Assembly: GCA_964400685.1 (NCBI GenBank)
Contig: CAYNVT010000001.1
Span: forward strand, 41,845 to 105,844
Reading direction: 5' to 3'
DNA: 64,000 bases
Origin: an uncultured Bacteriovoracaceae bacterium
GTDB taxonomy: Bacteria; Desulfobacterota; Desulfomonilia; UBA1062
The first letter of the stretch is position 1, and every line of letters begins with the position of its first letter. Position numbers and translations under genes: made by a program. Of this stretch, positions 51,109 through 62,016 are shown one piece after another. A model generated the notes under the pieces. That model worked only from the letters and a program-made list of their open reading frames with translations, had not been told where the DNA came from and searched no databases.

Positions 51109-53025
51109 TTAAAATTTGTTCTGATCTCCCTTGACCTCTTCAAACTCGGCATCAACTACGTCATCAGGCTTTCCGCCGCCTGGACCTTCGCTGCCGCCGC
51201 TGGCCTGTCCTGCGGCCTCCTTTGCCGACGCATACATCATTTCCGCCAGTTTGTGGGAGGCCTGTGTAAGGGCGTCCATTCTCTGGTTTATAAGATCCGG
51301 ATTCTCACCCTTGACGGCATCTTTAAGGTCGATAATCGCATTTTCGATCCTGTTCCTTGTCATGCCGTCAACCTTGTCTCCATTATCCTTCATGGTCTTT
51401 TCAGTTGCATAGATGAGACTGTCGGCCTTGTTTTTAGCCTCTGCCAGCGCCTGACGATTCTTGTCTTCCTGGGCATGGTCTTCTGCCTCATGGATCATCC
51501 GGTTTATGTCTTCTTCCGTCAGACCTGAGGAACTTGTAATCCTGATGGACTGTTCCTTGTTGGTCGCTTTGTCTTTGGCTGACACATGCAGTATTCCGTT
51601 CGCATCGATATCGAAGGACACCTCGATCTGCGGTATTCCTCTCGGTGCGGGCGGTATGCCGAGAAGGTCGAATTGACCGAGAAGCTTATTGTCGGTCGCC
51701 ATCGGACGCTCTCCCTGGAATACCCTTATTGTAACTGCATTCTGGCTGTCTTCCGCAGTGGAGAATATCTGGGATTTCTTTGTCGGAATGGTGGTGTTCC
51801 TCTCAATAACCTTTGTGAATACCCCTCCAAGGGTTTCGATGCCGAGTGAAAGCGGTGTGACATCAAGGAGAAGAACATCCTTTACATCACCGCCAAGGAC
51901 GCCGCCCTGAATAGCCGCACCTACGGCTACGACCTCGTCAGGGTTCACTCCGCGATGAGGTTCTTTGCCGAAGATCTCCTTAACCTTTTCAACTACTTTC
52001 GGCATTCTGGTTTGTCCGCCGACGAGAATGACTTCGTCGATCTGTGATGCTGAAAGGCCGGCATCTGCAAGGGCTTTACGGCATGGGCCCTCGAGTTTCT
52101 GGATTATATCATCAACCAGGCCTTCGAGTTTTGCCCTGGAAAGCCTCATGTTGAGATGCTTAGGTCCGTTCTGGTCTGCCGTTATGAAAGGCAGGTTGAT
52201 TTCTGTTTCCATCATGGATGAAAGCTCGTGTTTTGCGCGTTCAGCCGCTTCCTTGAGTCTCTGCAGGGCCATACGGTCCTTGCTGAGATCAACACCCGAT
52301 TCCTTTTTGAATTCGCTTACAAGATAGTCGATTACATGATTGTCGATGTCTTCGCCGCCGAGATGCGTATCTCCGTTTGTTGCCTTTACCTCGAAAACGC
52401 CGTCGCCTATTTCGAGAATCGATATATCGAATGTTCCTCCGCCCAGGTCGAAGACTGCTACCTTTTCTTCCTTCTTTCTGTCCAGGCCATATGCAAGCGC
52501 CGCCGCAGTCGGCTCGTTGATTATGCGCTTGACGTTGAACCCGGCAATTTTTCCTGCATCTTTTGTCGCCTGGCGTTGACTGTCGTTGAAATAAGCAGGT
52601 ACGGTGATTACAACGTCTTCTATTTTTTCACCCAGGTATGCTTCAGCGTCTATTTTTAGTTTTTGAAGCACCATTGCCGAGATTTCAGGTGCCGAATAAG
52701 TCCTGCCGTCAACATCGATTGCCGCATCTCCGTTCACCGTATCTACTATTTTGAAAGGCATTATTTTGATGTCACGCTGTACTTCGTTGTCTGTGAATTT
52801 TCTTCCAATAAGCCTTTTTATTGCATAAAGGGTGCGTTCGGAATTTGTTACTGCCTGGCGTCTCGCTACCTGGCCCACAAGCCTTTCACCGCTTCCCGTG
52901 AAAGCTACTACGGATGGTGTTGTACGTGCCCCTTCAGCATTAGGTATAACTTTGGGGTCGCCGCCTTCCATAATGGCCATGCAAGAATTTGTTGTACCTA
53001 AATCAATTCCCAGGATTTTTCCCAT
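51109..53025 (-). CDS. dnaK: chaperone DnaK (Hsp70)
   Basis: 638 aa with [16 protein letters not shown] and a C-terminal lid. Confidence 0.97.
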   Translation of the reverse strand: MGKILGIDLGTTNSCMAIMEGGDPKVIPNAEGARTTPSVVAFTGSGERLVGQVARRQAVTNSERTLYAIKRLIGRKFTDNEVQRDIKIMPFKIVDTVNGDAAIDVDGRTYSAPEISAMVLQKLKIDAEAYLGEKIEDVVITVPAYFNDSQRQATKDAGKIAGFNVKRIINEPTAAALAYGLDRKKEEKVAVFDLGGGTFDISILEIGDGVFEVKATNGDTHLGGEDIDNHVIDYLVSEFKKESGVDLSKDRMALQRLKEAAERAKHELSSMMETEINLPFITADQNGPKHLNMRLSRAKLEGLVDDIIQKLEGPCRKALADAGLSASQIDEVILVGGQTRMPKVVEKVKEIFGKEPHRGVNPDEVVAVGAAIQGGVLGGDVKDVLLLDVTPLSLGIETLGGVFTKVIERNTTIPTKKSQIFSTAEDSQNAVTIRVFQGERPMATDNKLLGQFDLLGIPPAPRGIPQIEVSFDIDANGILHVSAKDKATNKEQSIRITSSSGLTEEDINRMIHEAEDHAQEDKNRQALAEAKNKADSLIYATEKTMKDNGDKVDGMTRNRIENAIIDLKDAVKGENPDLINQRMDALTQASHKLAEMMYASAKEAAGQASGGSEGPGGGKPDDVVDAEFEEVKGDQNKF

Positions 53026-53039
53026 GTCTATATTCCTCC

Positions 53040-53618
53040 TTAGTTAGTAGCTGCTGTATTAACAATCGATACGGAAACTTTTGCAGGTCTCAGTACCCTG
53101 TCGTAAAGCATGAACCCTTTTTCAAACTCATCGATCACTATGTCAGGCTCGTTTATATCATCATCGACCCTTTGCATCATAGCCTCATGATAATTCGGAT
53201 TAAAGGGCGTGCCTTTCTCAGAATCTATAGGTTCAACATGATTACGTTTCAAGGTCTCAATAAAAAGTTTTTCAACCATTACAAGACCCTCTATGAAATT
53301 CGAATCGTCCGGATGCAGCTCTTTTGCCACCTGCACGGATTTATTGATAGAGTCATAGACTCTTAACATGTCCCTCAAAAGGTCTTCATTGCCGTATTTG
53401 ATGATGTTTTCCCTGTCCCTTTTGAGCCTCTTCTTCATGTTCTCCATCTCGGCCAGTGCCCTTAAATACTTATCCTTCATTTCATCAAGCTGACCGACAA
53501 GGTTTTGAATATCATTGTCCAGTTCTTCCATTGCCGGGCTTTCAGCAGGGGTTTCTTCAGGTGTATCAAAGTAGCCGGTCAATTCTTCTGTTACATTCTT
53601 TTTCTTTGTGCTGCTCAT
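53040..53618 (-). CDS. grpE: nucleotide exchange factor GrpE
   Basis: 192 aa with a coiled-coil N-terminus and the GrpE fold. Confidence 0.9.
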   Translation of the reverse strand: MSSTKKKNVTEELTGYFDTPEETPAESPAMEELDNDIQNLVGQLDEMKDKYLRALAEMENMKKRLKRDRENIIKYGNEDLLRDMLRVYDSINKSVQVAKELHPDDSNFIEGLVMVEKLFIETLKRNHVEPIDSEKGTPFNPNYHEAMMQRVDDDINEPDIVIDEFEKGFMLYDRVLRPAKVSVSIVNTAATN

Positions 53619-53620
53619 TT

Positions 53621-54655
53621 TTAAATCTCCTCGATCATGGTACTCAGTAGTTTGGCCATATATTCGACCAGGGGTATTACCCTTTTATAGTTCATCCTCA
53701 TGGGACCTATAACTCCGAGGGAACCCGCAGGGGTGTCTCCGTGAAAGTAACCGCTGGCAACCATGGACAAGTCGTTCATCCCTATGTTGCCGATTTCCTC
53801 ACCTATAAATATTTTTACACCTGTTCCTTCAAATACCTGATTCAGTATGCTGAGCATACGTCCTTTATCTTCGAATGCCCTTACGATTTCTCTGAGCTTT
53901 TCTATGTCAGAGAGCTCGGGGCAGTTGAAGACAATTTCCTTGCCTTCAATAACCATATCCTGGGCATCTTCAACGTTATCAAGAGCCATCATCCCCATGT
54001 GCACGGCCTCTTTTACCAGATTGTCGAACCTTGCTTTTTCGCTTTTCATTTCTTTGGAGAGGGATTCTCTCATTTTTTCGATACTTAACCCGGAATATTT
54101 CTGATTCAGGAAGTTGCTGTATTTCGTAAGATCGTCCTGATTGATATCATCGCTTTGTACAACATGATTATAAACAAGACCGGATTTGCTGATCAATATT
54201 ACCAGTATCCTGTTTGTCCCGAGTTTTACGAATTCTATTCTTTTGAAGGTGAATGTGCTGATTTTCGGCAGGATAACTACGGAAGCATTGCCCGATATTT
54301 CCGATAAAAGCAGGCTTGCCTCACGTAGAGTCTCTTTAAGGCCTCCGGTGTTTTTGTTCATTTGTCTGGAAATTATTGATTTTTCTTCCTTCGGCAGCGC
54401 CTTCATCTTGATTATTTCATTTAAATAATAATGAATGCCCTCTTTTGTGGGGATTCTGCCCGCACTGACATGCGGTTGCAAAAGAAAACCGAGCTCTTCA
54501 AGGTCGGACATTATATTTCTGATAGTAGCCGGAGACAGGTCCAGATCGTATCTGCGGGAGACCGAACGTGATCCTACCGGTTCACCGGTACTGATGAACT
54601 CCTGCATGATAAACCCGAAAATCTGCTTCTCCCGCTGGTTGATCACTATTCCCAT
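53621..54655 (-). CDS. hrcA: heat-inducible transcription repressor HrcA
   Basis: N-terminal GEPVGSRSVS..DLSPATIRNIMSDLEELG. I prefer the ATG at 54655 because the ORF-track GTG at 54667 lies inside the CIRCE element. Confidence 0.85.
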   Translation of the reverse strand: MGIVINQREKQIFGFIMQEFISTGEPVGSRSVSRRYDLDLSPATIRNIMSDLEELGFLLQPHVSAGRIPTKEGIHYYLNEIIKMKALPKEEKSIISRQMNKNTGGLKETLREASLLLSEISGNASVVILPKISTFTFKRIEFVKLGTNRILVILISKSGLVYNHVVQSDDINQDDLTKYSNFLNQKYSGLSIEKMRESLSKEMKSEKARFDNLVKEAVHMGMMALDNVEDAQDMVIEGKEIVFNCPELSDIEKLREIVRAFEDKGRMLSILNQVFEGTGVKIFIGEEIGNIGMNDLSMVASGYFHGDTPAGSLGVIGPMRMNYKRVIPLVEYMAKLLSTMIEEI

Positions 54656-54660
54656 AATTT

Positions 54661-54687
54661 TTAGCACTCGCTTATCTTATCTGCTAA
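54661..54687. promoter_or_regulatory. CIRCE-like HrcA operator (TTAGCACTC-N9-atcTGCTAA)
   Basis: The outer arms TTAGCA/TGCTAA are perfect and the 9-bp spacing is canonical; the inner three bp of the right arm diverge. It lies immediately upstream of hrcA-grpE-dnaK. Confidence 0.6.
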
Positions 54688-54873
54688 CAATCCTTCTATA
54701 GAAACTCATTGCCTTTATGTCAATACCCTGGTATTTCGAGTAAGCCATGTTTGACTTTTCGGCATTACGCACATCAATAGTAAATCTTATTAAAGACTCC
54801 GATTAAATCTGGACAAAAGCCTCTGATGTGTTATTGATTTCCTAACCATAATGAGCATGTAAAAGGGACACTG

Positions 54874-56535
54874 ATGAAGGATAAGGTTGAGGCTATACTG
54901 AACGAGGTTCTAAAAAATATCTTAAATGAAGGCGATGTAACATTACCGGAGACTTTCAAACCAGGCGTCAGTATACCTGCTGATAAACAATTTGGCGATT
55001 ATGCCACCAATGCGGCCATGATACTTGCAAAGCCGATGAAAAAAAATCCGCGCGAGTTGGCAGCATTGATCTCGAGTACAATCCTAAGCAGTTCTGACTT
55101 ATTTTCAAAGGTAGAAGTTGCAGGTCCCGGTTTTATAAACTTCTTTATCAAGGTTGATGCATGGGGAGGGATTCTTGAAGAAACAAGCACGCGGAAGGCT
55201 CAGTTCGGAAGGAGCAATTTCGGTTCAAACAAGAAGGTTCAGATCGAGTTTGTCAGTGCGAACCCTACAGGTCCCCTTCATGTAGGACACGGAAGAGGGG
55301 CTGCTGTCGGCGATACCCTTGCAAGGATACTTGATGCGGCAGGGTTCGATGTTAAGCGCGAGTACTATATCAATGATACAGGCAACCAGATGAATATGCT
55401 CGGCTTGTCTGTTTTTTCTCGTTACAGGGAATTGCTGGGAAAGGATTCGGATTTTCCTGAAAACGGGTACAAGGGCGATTATATAAAAGAGACTGCATCA
55501 GAGATTCTCAGGATTCATGGGAAAAGCCTGCTTGATCTGCCCGAGAAAGATGCCGTGGCAATATGCCGGGACTATGCAGGAAAAAATATTCTTGAAGGCA
55601 TAAACAGGGATCTCAGGGAATTCAATATCAGTTTTGATGTATGGTTCAGCGAGTCGGAATTATACAAAGACGATATGGTCGGGAAAACCCTTGAAGCAAT
55701 GAAGGAAAAAGGGCTTACGTTTGAAGAAGACAATGCCCTGTGGTTCAGAAGCACTCAATTCGGGGATGAGAAGGACAGGGTTTTGAGAAAATCTGATGGT
55801 GCCCTTACATATTTTGCACCTGATATCGCTTATCATAAAAACAAGCTTGAGCGTGGTTTTGAAAAGATAATTGATATATGGGGTGCCGACCATCACGGTT
55901 ATGTACCCAGAATGTCGGCTGCCATGAAAGCCCTTGGCGCAGAAGACGACTGTTTCCATGCCCTGCTTATACAGCTTGTTTCCCTGGTAAGGTCGGGAGT
56001 GCCGGTCCAGATGTCTACGCGTTCAGGAGAGTTCGTTACATTAAAGGAAGTCGTTGATGAAGTGGGCAGGGATGCCGCGAGGTTCTTTTTTATGATGAGG
56101 CGGTGTGACAGTCAGCTGGTGTTTGACCTTGAACTGGCAAAGAAAAAAGGCGAGGAAAATCCGGTCTTCTATGTTCAATATGCACATGCCAGGATATGTT
56201 CTATAATAAGAAAAGCCGCACTGTCAGAGCAAAAACCGGAAACAGGATTAAAATATTTAAAGAAACTTATAACGGATGACGAGATAGATCTTATGAAGAT
56301 GATCGCCCAGTATCCGGATACGGTTGTATCAGCCGCCTCTGATCTGGAACCGCATCGTATTGCCTATTATGTCCTTGAACTTGCCACTGCCTTTCACCGC
56401 TTTTACAATAAGAACAAGGTTATCGGAGAGGATTATGAAGTCTCTGCTGCGAGGCTTCTTCTTATTGATTGTGTAAGACAGGTCATTGCCAATGGTCTGT
56501 CTCTCATGGGTGTTGACGCGCCCGATTCCATGTAA
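54874..56535 (+). CDS. argS: arginine--tRNA ligase
   Basis: 553 aa with a HIGH-type PTGPLHVGHGR motif, an anticodon-binding C-terminus, and a terminal Met. Confidence 0.95.
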   Translation: MKDKVEAILNEVLKNILNEGDVTLPETFKPGVSIPADKQFGDYATNAAMILAKPMKKNPRELAALISSTILSSSDLFSKVEVAGPGFINFFIKVDAWGGILEETSTRKAQFGRSNFGSNKKVQIEFVSANPTGPLHVGHGRGAAVGDTLARILDAAGFDVKREYYINDTGNQMNMLGLSVFSRYRELLGKDSDFPENGYKGDYIKETASEILRIHGKSLLDLPEKDAVAICRDYAGKNILEGINRDLREFNISFDVWFSESELYKDDMVGKTLEAMKEKGLTFEEDNALWFRSTQFGDEKDRVLRKSDGALTYFAPDIAYHKNKLERGFEKIIDIWGADHHGYVPRMSAAMKALGAEDDCFHALLIQLVSLVRSGVPVQMSTRSGEFVTLKEVVDEVGRDAARFFFMMRRCDSQLVFDLELAKKKGEENPVFYVQYAHARICSIIRKAALSEQKPETGLKYLKKLITDDEIDLMKMIAQYPDTVVSAASDLEPHRIAYYVLELATAFHRFYNKNKVIGEDYEVSAARLLLIDCVRQVIANGLSLMGVDAPDSM

Positions 56536-56541
56536 CCTTAT

Positions 56542-57102
56542 ATGGGAAGAAGAACAAAAGCATCCAGGCATACCAAGACGCTCAAAAAAAATATTTTTCT
56601 CTTCTTTCTGTCGATATCAATCCTTGCAGGTACCACATGGCTCTTTTTGAATATTATTGAACTTCCGGGATTGCCCTTTAGAATAGATAAGATAAAACCT
56701 GGGGAAGTCATATCAGCAATCAAGGCCAGGCTCGGTAATAAGGAAATTGATGACAGACATATAGCTGAGAACGATATAAACAAAAAAAAGAAAGTTGAAG
56801 CAACAGCCGCTGTCGAAAAGGACTATAAATATTCATTCTATGATATCCTTTATCATCAGAAACAAACCAAGTCCTCTGACAGTCATTTTTCGGTCCAGAT
56901 AGATATATTCAAGTCAAGAAAATTCGCCGAGGATTTTATGAAAGAACTTGAAAGTGACAGGAGGTTAACCTGCAGGATTGTAAAAAAAGGAAGCCATTAT
57001 TCAGTCCTGTGGGGTGGCTTTCCGTCAAGGGCTACAGCCGAACGCTATAACAGGCAGCTTTCAGGGATGCTGGGCAGGGAATGCCTGGTCGTGGAGATGT
57101 AG
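56542..57102 (+). CDS. SPOR-domain protein with N-terminal membrane anchor
   Basis: A TM segment then a C-terminal SPOR-like ~80 aa (FSVQIDIFKSRKFAEDF...YSVLWGGFPSRATAERY). Confidence 0.65.
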   Translation: MGRRTKASRHTKTLKKNIFLFFLSISILAGTTWLFLNIIELPGLPFRIDKIKPGEVISAIKARLGNKEIDDRHIAENDINKKKKVEATAAVEKDYKYSFYDILYHQKQTKSSDSHFSVQIDIFKSRKFAEDFMKELESDRRLTCRIVKKGSHYSVLWGGFPSRATAERYNRQLSGMLGRECLVVEM

Positions 57103-57150
57103 GCTGTAATCCCGGGCCTGGTAAAAGAATTATGAAGTGTATATCAGTCT

Positions 57151-58764
57151 TTATTTCAGCATGCCCTCCGAATACATTTTTCTGAGCTCTTTTTTGTTGA
57201 ACTTGCCCACGCTTGTCTTCGGGATCATTGACATAAAAACGAATTTCTCCGGTATCCACCAGTCCGCAACGCTGCCTTTGAGAAAATCTTTTAATTCATC
57301 TTCCGATATGGTTTCACCGGGGACTGGAACAATGCATCCCATAGGCCTTTCCTGCCACTTCTGGTGGGGTATGCCGATGACAGTTGCCTCAAGGACTTTC
57401 GGATGCGCCATGATTGCATTTTCCAGGTCAACCGAGGATATCCATTCGCCGCCGCTCTTTATCAGGTCGCCTTTCCTGTCAACGAGCCTTACATAGCCTT
57501 CCTCGTCCATTGTCGCGATATCGCCGGTTTTAAGCCATCCGTCAGAGAATAGTCTTGTTGATGATGCATCATCCCTGTAATATTCCTTTGCAATCCATGG
57601 GCCGCGGAACCATATTTCACCCCATTCTTTGCCATCCATTCTGATATCTTTACCATCATCGTTGACTATACGCATTTCAACACCGGGTGCAGGTATGCCT
57701 GCGCTTGCACGGATGTCATAGATCTTATCCATCGGCCAGTCGGCCATATAGCTCTTGGGCAATGCCGCTGTCGCCATCGGGTATGTTTCCGTCATTCCAT
57801 AGGCCTGACGTACCGGGAAGCCGTATTTTTCATTAAGACTCTTCATTAAGGAGATCGGGCAGGCGGAGCCTCCGCTGAAAATTCCTTTCAATGATGAAAA
57901 GTCGTGCGATCCTCCTTTTTCAAGGTAATCATGCAGCATCATCCAGATTGTCGGGACGCCGGCAGTGAAAGTCACTTTTTCGTCGGCAATCACCCTGCAC
58001 AGCTTTTCCATATTAAGGACCTCTCTACCGGGCAACACCTGTTTGCAGCCAAGGGCCACTGCCCCGAAAGGCGCTCCCCATGCGTTTGCATGAAACATCG
58101 GTACGATATGGATTACGCAGTCACCCTCGCCAACGCCCAGAGTGACGCCGATTCCGTATGTATGGAGCACTATGCCCCTATGACTGTATACAACCCCTTT
58201 GGGTGTTCCCGTTGTAGCGGATGTGTAGCATATCAGGGCTGGGTCGAACTCGCTCATATCAATCGGCCAGTCATAGTTCTCGGGAAATTCTTTAATCATA
58301 TCATCATAAAGAAGGACGTTCGGCAGTGTTGTTTGAGGCATCTTGCCGGATTGTGAGAGTATTACATAATGTTCGACTGTTTTGAGCTGATCTGCAATCG
58401 GTTCGATAAGAAAGACAAGGTCTTCTTCGATAAACAGAATCTTGTCCTCTGCATGGTTGATGATATAAACCATGTGCTCATGAGGCAGTCTGATATTGAC
58501 TGTATGCAGCACGCCTCCCATGCACGGTACTCCGAAATAAAGCTCCAGATGTCTTTGATTGTTCAATGCAAAACTTGCAACCCGTTCTCCACGCTTTATT
58601 CCGAGGTTATCAAGTGCATGTGCAAGCTGGCATGTGCGCCTGTAATAGTCTGCATAAGTATACCGGTGAATTTCATTGGGATAGACTGAGACGATCTCTT
58701 TTTTAGGAAAAAACTTGGCGGTCCTTATCAGGAAAGTCCTTAAAAGAAGCTGGTAATCCATCAT
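57151..58764 (-). CDS. AMP-dependent acyl-CoA synthetase/ligase
   Basis: YTSATTGTPKGV AMP-binding motif with a GEICxRG-like region. Confidence 0.85.
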   Translation of the reverse strand: MMDYQLLLRTFLIRTAKFFPKKEIVSVYPNEIHRYTYADYYRRTCQLAHALDNLGIKRGERVASFALNNQRHLELYFGVPCMGGVLHTVNIRLPHEHMVYIINHAEDKILFIEEDLVFLIEPIADQLKTVEHYVILSQSGKMPQTTLPNVLLYDDMIKEFPENYDWPIDMSEFDPALICYTSATTGTPKGVVYSHRGIVLHTYGIGVTLGVGEGDCVIHIVPMFHANAWGAPFGAVALGCKQVLPGREVLNMEKLCRVIADEKVTFTAGVPTIWMMLHDYLEKGGSHDFSSLKGIFSGGSACPISLMKSLNEKYGFPVRQAYGMTETYPMATAALPKSYMADWPMDKIYDIRASAGIPAPGVEMRIVNDDGKDIRMDGKEWGEIWFRGPWIAKEYYRDDASSTRLFSDGWLKTGDIATMDEEGYVRLVDRKGDLIKSGGEWISSVDLENAIMAHPKVLEATVIGIPHQKWQERPMGCIVPVPGETISEDELKDFLKGSVADWWIPEKFVFMSMIPKTSVGKFNKKELRKMYSEGMLK

Positions 58765-59075
58765 TTTCCACCTCCAGGATTTATGTAATATTATATGACA
58801 AGCTTACTTGATAAAGACATAATTGCAATTTCAGATAAGTCAATATCGTATTGCAATGTGACACCATTCAAAAGCCTTAAAAATGCTGATGAATGCTGTA
58901 AAAAATGAAAGGTAAAAAATATTTCAAGACTTGATTTAAGAATATTCACTGGTATTATTTACGAATCACTTTGAATGCCGGATTTCTTATAGAATATTAC
59001 ACCATAAGGCTAATCAGGTGCTGTTCTATTTGTGCACCTGTTAGAGCGGAGCTATATAAATAGTAAGGAGATAAT

Positions 59076-60218
59076 ATGCAGTTTATTGACCTGAAGAAAC
59101 AGCAGGAAAGGATAAGGGAAAAAATTGAATCCGGTATTAGAAGGGTTCTGGATAGCGGCCAGTATATAATGGGGGCTGAAATCAAGGAGCTTGAAAAGAA
59201 ACTGTCAGAATATGTCGGCGCAAAAAATGCAATCGGATGCGCTTCCGGGACCGATGCCCTCTTGATGGCGCTTATGGCTTATGAAGTAGGCCCAGGTGAT
59301 GCTGTCTTTACAACGCCATTTACCTTTGTAGCGACTGCCGAAGTCATTTCGCTTCTCGGTGCTACGCCGGTTTTTGTTGATATTGAACCGGATACTTTCA
59401 ATATCGATCCTCAAAAACTTGAACAGGCGATTCTTGCGGTTGAGGACGGCGGCAGTAAGGAATATCCCCTTCCCATTGGGGCCGATGGACTGGTACCGAA
59501 AGGGATAATTCCTGTTGACCTTTTCGGGCAGACTGCAGATTACGCAAGGATCAATGATATAGCAGAAAGACACGGGCTTTTTGTGATCGAAGATGCCTGT
59601 CAATCATTCGGTGCTGAATACAAAGGTAAAAAAGCATGCTCCCTTGCCGATATTGCCTGTACATCTTTCTTTCCTGCAAAGCCTCTTGGCTGCTATGGAG
59701 ATGGGGGCATGGTTTTCACTGATGATGATGAGCTTGCGAAAAAAATGATTTCAATAAGGGTTCATGGTTCGGGCTCGGACAAGTATGACAATATCCGACT
59801 TGGAATCAATGGCAGGCTTGATACGATTCAGGCGGCCATACTACTTGCTAAGTTTGAAATATTTCCAGAAGAAATAGAGTTGAGGCAGGAAGTTGCAGAG
59901 AGGTATTCAAGGCTTTTAAAGGGTAAAGTAACAGTTCCCTTTGTTGAAAAAGGTTGTAAAAGTGCATGGGCGCAGTATTCAATTCTTTGCGAAAACCGTG
60001 ATGGAGTAATCGACAAGCTTAAGTCATCAGGCATCCCGACAGCCATATACTATCCGATACCTCTTCATCTTCAGGGCGCCTACAGGTATCTTGGCTACCA
60101 GAAAGGGGCGTTTCACGTTTCTGAAGAAATTGCGGGAAAAATCTTCAGTATTCCGATGCATCCATATCTTACAGAGGAAGAACAGGAAAATATTGCGAGT
60201 TTTTTGAGTGAGGCGTAA
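59076..60218 (+). CDS. DegT/DnrJ/EryC1/StrS-family sugar-nucleotide aminotransferase (WbpE/WlbC-like)
   Basis: 380 aa with a PLP-dependent fold; the start MQFIDLKKQQERI is typical of the family. AAGGAG RBS. Confidence 0.85.
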   Translation: MQFIDLKKQQERIREKIESGIRRVLDSGQYIMGAEIKELEKKLSEYVGAKNAIGCASGTDALLMALMAYEVGPGDAVFTTPFTFVATAEVISLLGATPVFVDIEPDTFNIDPQKLEQAILAVEDGGSKEYPLPIGADGLVPKGIIPVDLFGQTADYARINDIAERHGLFVIEDACQSFGAEYKGKKACSLADIACTSFFPAKPLGCYGDGGMVFTDDDELAKKMISIRVHGSGSDKYDNIRLGINGRLDTIQAAILLAKFEIFPEEIELRQEVAERYSRLLKGKVTVPFVEKGCKSAWAQYSILCENRDGVIDKLKSSGIPTAIYYPIPLHLQGAYRYLGYQKGAFHVSEEIAGKIFSIPMHPYLTEEEQENIASFLSEA

Positions 60219-60454
60219 GGAGTGAGGAGTGAAGAGAGTTCATTGCGATCTTAAAGTTTGGCAGGAATCGATGGAGCTTTTAAAAAAATATGTATGAATT
60301 TTCGTATAATATTCAAGTTGAGGAGACTTACGGTTTGAAAATCCAGAGATCATTTCTGAGCAGATTGAAAAAAGTTTCTGGCCTCCTCGGTGGCTTAATT
60401 AACTCTATAAGAGAAAGGAATATACAATGACTCCTCACTCCTCACGCCTCACTC
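60206..60454. repeat. 24-bp inverted repeat pair (60206-60229 and 60431-60454, 23/24 complementary) bracketing the degT / wbpB-D intergenic region
   Basis: gagtgaggcgtaaggagtgaggag versus the reverse complement of ctcctcactcctcacgcctcactc. The left copy spans the degT stop codon; the right copy encodes residues 2-9 (TPHSSRLT) of the next gene. Confidence 0.7.
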
Positions 60455-62016
60455 CTCACATAGCAATCACAGGTGCAGGATACTGGGGGAAAAACCTTGT
60501 AAGGAATTACATGGAATTAGGGGTATTGAAAACTGTCTGTGACACCAGTGTTCAAAATCTTACAGAGCTTGAAAAACAGTATCAGGGTCTCAGTCTCACG
60601 AGCAGTTTCAGTGAAGTTCTTGATGATAAAGATATAAAAGGTGTAGTGATTTCAGCACCTGCGGCGATGCATTTCTCTCTTGCAAGAGAGGCGCTTCTTT
60701 CTGGAAAGGATGTATTTGTTGAGAAACCGCTTTCCCTTGACCTGAGAGATGCAGAAGAACTTAGAGACATTGCCCTTAAAAAATCAAGAATCCTTATGGT
60801 AGGCCACCTGCTTCAGTACCATCCTTGTTTTATCAGACTCAAGGGGATGATCAGGGATGGACTGCTAGGACGCATTGACTATGTTTATTCAACAAGACTT
60901 AACTTTGGTAAAATCAGACGGGAGGAGGATATTTTGTGGAGTTTCGCCCCTCACGACATCTCAATGATCCTTTCGCTTGCCAATGAAACGCCTGAAGCTG
61001 TGATAGCAACCGGCGGCTATTATCTTCATAAAAAAATTGCTGATGTAACTACAACACACCTTGAATTTTCATCAGGGTTAAGGGCGCATGTTTTTGTTTC
61101 ATGGCTACATCCTTTCAAAGAGCAGAAACTCGTAGTTGTCGGCGAAAAAGGCATGGCGGTATTTAATGACACATTAACCTGGGCGGATAAGCTCCTGCTG
61201 TATCCTCATAATGTAAAATGGGAAAACGGCATTCCCGTACCGGATAAAAAAGATGCGATCAGGATTGAAGTGGAAAATGAGGAACCGCTCAAAAAAGAAT
61301 GCGAGCATTTCATATCATGCATTGAGACCAGGAATGAACCGTTAACCGACGGCAACGAAGGAATTGATGTTTTAAGGATTCTGAAGGCGGGGCAGCTTTC
61401 ACTTGATAATGCCAGCCAGAAAATATTCATCTCTGATCTTAGCCGGAAAGAGAAAACTTATTTTGTGCACAATTCTAGCTATATAGATGATGGTGTCGAA
61501 ATTGGCGAGGGTTCAAAGATCTGGCATTTCAGCCACATACTTAAAGGAACGAAGATAGGGAAAGAATGCAATATAGGCCAGAACGTGGTTATAGGTCCGG
61601 ATTCCACGATAGGTAACGGGTGCAAGATTCAGAACAATGTATCGATCTATAAAGGTGTCATGCTGGAGGACGATGTCTTCTGCGGTCCTTCAATGGTCTT
61701 CACAAATGTCTATAATCCCAGGGCACACATTTCAAAGATGAATGAAATGAGGCCGACTCTCTTAAAAAAAGGTGTGACAATTGGAGCGAATGCAACGATA
61801 GTATGCGGCCACACGATCGGCGAATACGCATTTATAGGTGCAGGAGCAGTTGTCACAAGGGGTGCCTCCGCACATGCTCTTATGGTAGGTAACCCTGCAA
61901 AACAGATCGGCTGGATGTGCCAGTGCGGTGAAAAACTGGATGATGACCTGATTTGCAGCCATTGCGGGAAAGCATATACGAATACTCAATCAGAAGGGCT
62001 AGCATTAAAGAAATAA
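60427..62016 (+). CDS. bifunctional fusion: N-terminal Gfo/Idh/MocA oxidoreductase (WbpB-like) plus C-terminal hexapeptide-repeat N-acetyltransferase (WbpD/WlbB-like)
   Basis: N-terminal [12 protein letters not shown] Rossmann motif and a GFO_IDH_MocA core. The C-terminal ~190 aa is a left-handed beta-helix with repeated [LIV]G hexapeptides and a CxxC..CxxC tail. Confidence 0.75.
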   Translation: MTPHSSRLTPHIAITGAGYWGKNLVRNYMELGVLKTVCDTSVQNLTELEKQYQGLSLTSSFSEVLDDKDIKGVVISAPAAMHFSLAREALLSGKDVFVEKPLSLDLRDAEELRDIALKKSRILMVGHLLQYHPCFIRLKGMIRDGLLGRIDYVYSTRLNFGKIRREEDILWSFAPHDISMILSLANETPEAVIATGGYYLHKKIADVTTTHLEFSSGLRAHVFVSWLHPFKEQKLVVVGEKGMAVFNDTLTWADKLLLYPHNVKWENGIPVPDKKDAIRIEVENEEPLKKECEHFISCIETRNEPLTDGNEGIDVLRILKAGQLSLDNASQKIFISDLSRKEKTYFVHNSSYIDDGVEIGEGSKIWHFSHILKGTKIGKECNIGQNVVIGPDSTIGNGCKIQNNVSIYKGVMLEDDVFCGPSMVFTNVYNPRAHISKMNEMRPTLLKKGVTIGANATIVCGHTIGEYAFIGAGAVVTRGASAHALMVGNPAKQIGWMCQCGEKLDDDLICSHCGKAYTNTQSEGLALKK

